Below are positions 63,715 through 64,000 of a DNA stretch of 64,000 nt, piece by piece (within the stretch, counting starts at the first letter, position 1; every line of letters starts with the position of its first letter). Position numbers and translations under genes: made by a program. Below the pieces are notes generated by a model that did no database searches, was not told the origin of the DNA, and saw only the letters and a program-made list of their open reading frames with translations. This DNA comes from Eledone cirrhosa (lineage: Eukaryota): NCBI GenBank assembly GCA_964016885.1, contig CAXHJY010001730.1, positions 1 to 64,000 on the forward strand, written 5' to 3'.

Positions 63715-63866
63715 CAACTGCTTCCTTCCTGTGTAATATTTATCGCTGTCTTTCATTTCTGTCCTCTGTTCTATGTCTTCTGTCTTTCTATTGCTGTTGT
63801 ATATACTGTTTAGTAATAAAAATGTCATGAACATGGCGATTGGTACTTCCAGATAGGGAAACTCTT
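63715..63866 (-). CDS. Candidate 152-bp exon of an unidentified gene
   Basis: Acceptor atctctttctcAG, donor TTG|GTAAGT, open frame EEFPYLEVPIAMF...GRKQL with a stop just after the donor; no recognised homology. Confidence 0.35.
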
Positions 63867-64000
63867 CTGAGAAAGAGATACAAATGAATGTGACATTCAC
63901 CACACTCACACACAAACATACACAGACAGGTACACACTCATGCACGCGCAAACACAGACGTACTCACACACAAACATACACAGACAGGTACACACACATG

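Overview
AT-rich eukaryotic, repeat-dominated DNA. The tRNA-derived SINEs resemble octopus/cephalopod SINE families; this is an inference from memory, not a search. More than half the window is (TA)n/(CA)n/(CT)n/(AAC)n/(GAT)n simple repeat, and almost all long ORFs in the track are artefacts of it. No complete host gene is recognisable; there is one candidate minus-strand exon at 63715-63866. The non-simple islands hold about 10 SINE copies, decayed CRE, RTE and Penelope retroelement coding fragments, a mariner fragment, and three copies of a ~610-bp non-autonomous element, one with a twin-priming-type 5' inversion. The main finding is 15 type I hammerhead ribozyme motifs with intact CUGANGA/GAAA/UH cores, from at least six sequence families. 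They sit in short non-coding elements embedded in microsatellites. At least seven of these insertions are head-to-head fold-back palindromes with one long arm and one short arm, and the short arm usually ends in (TA)n. The best explanation is Penelope-like pLTR-only insertions targeted to microsatellites. All folds were done by eye and no activity has been tested.
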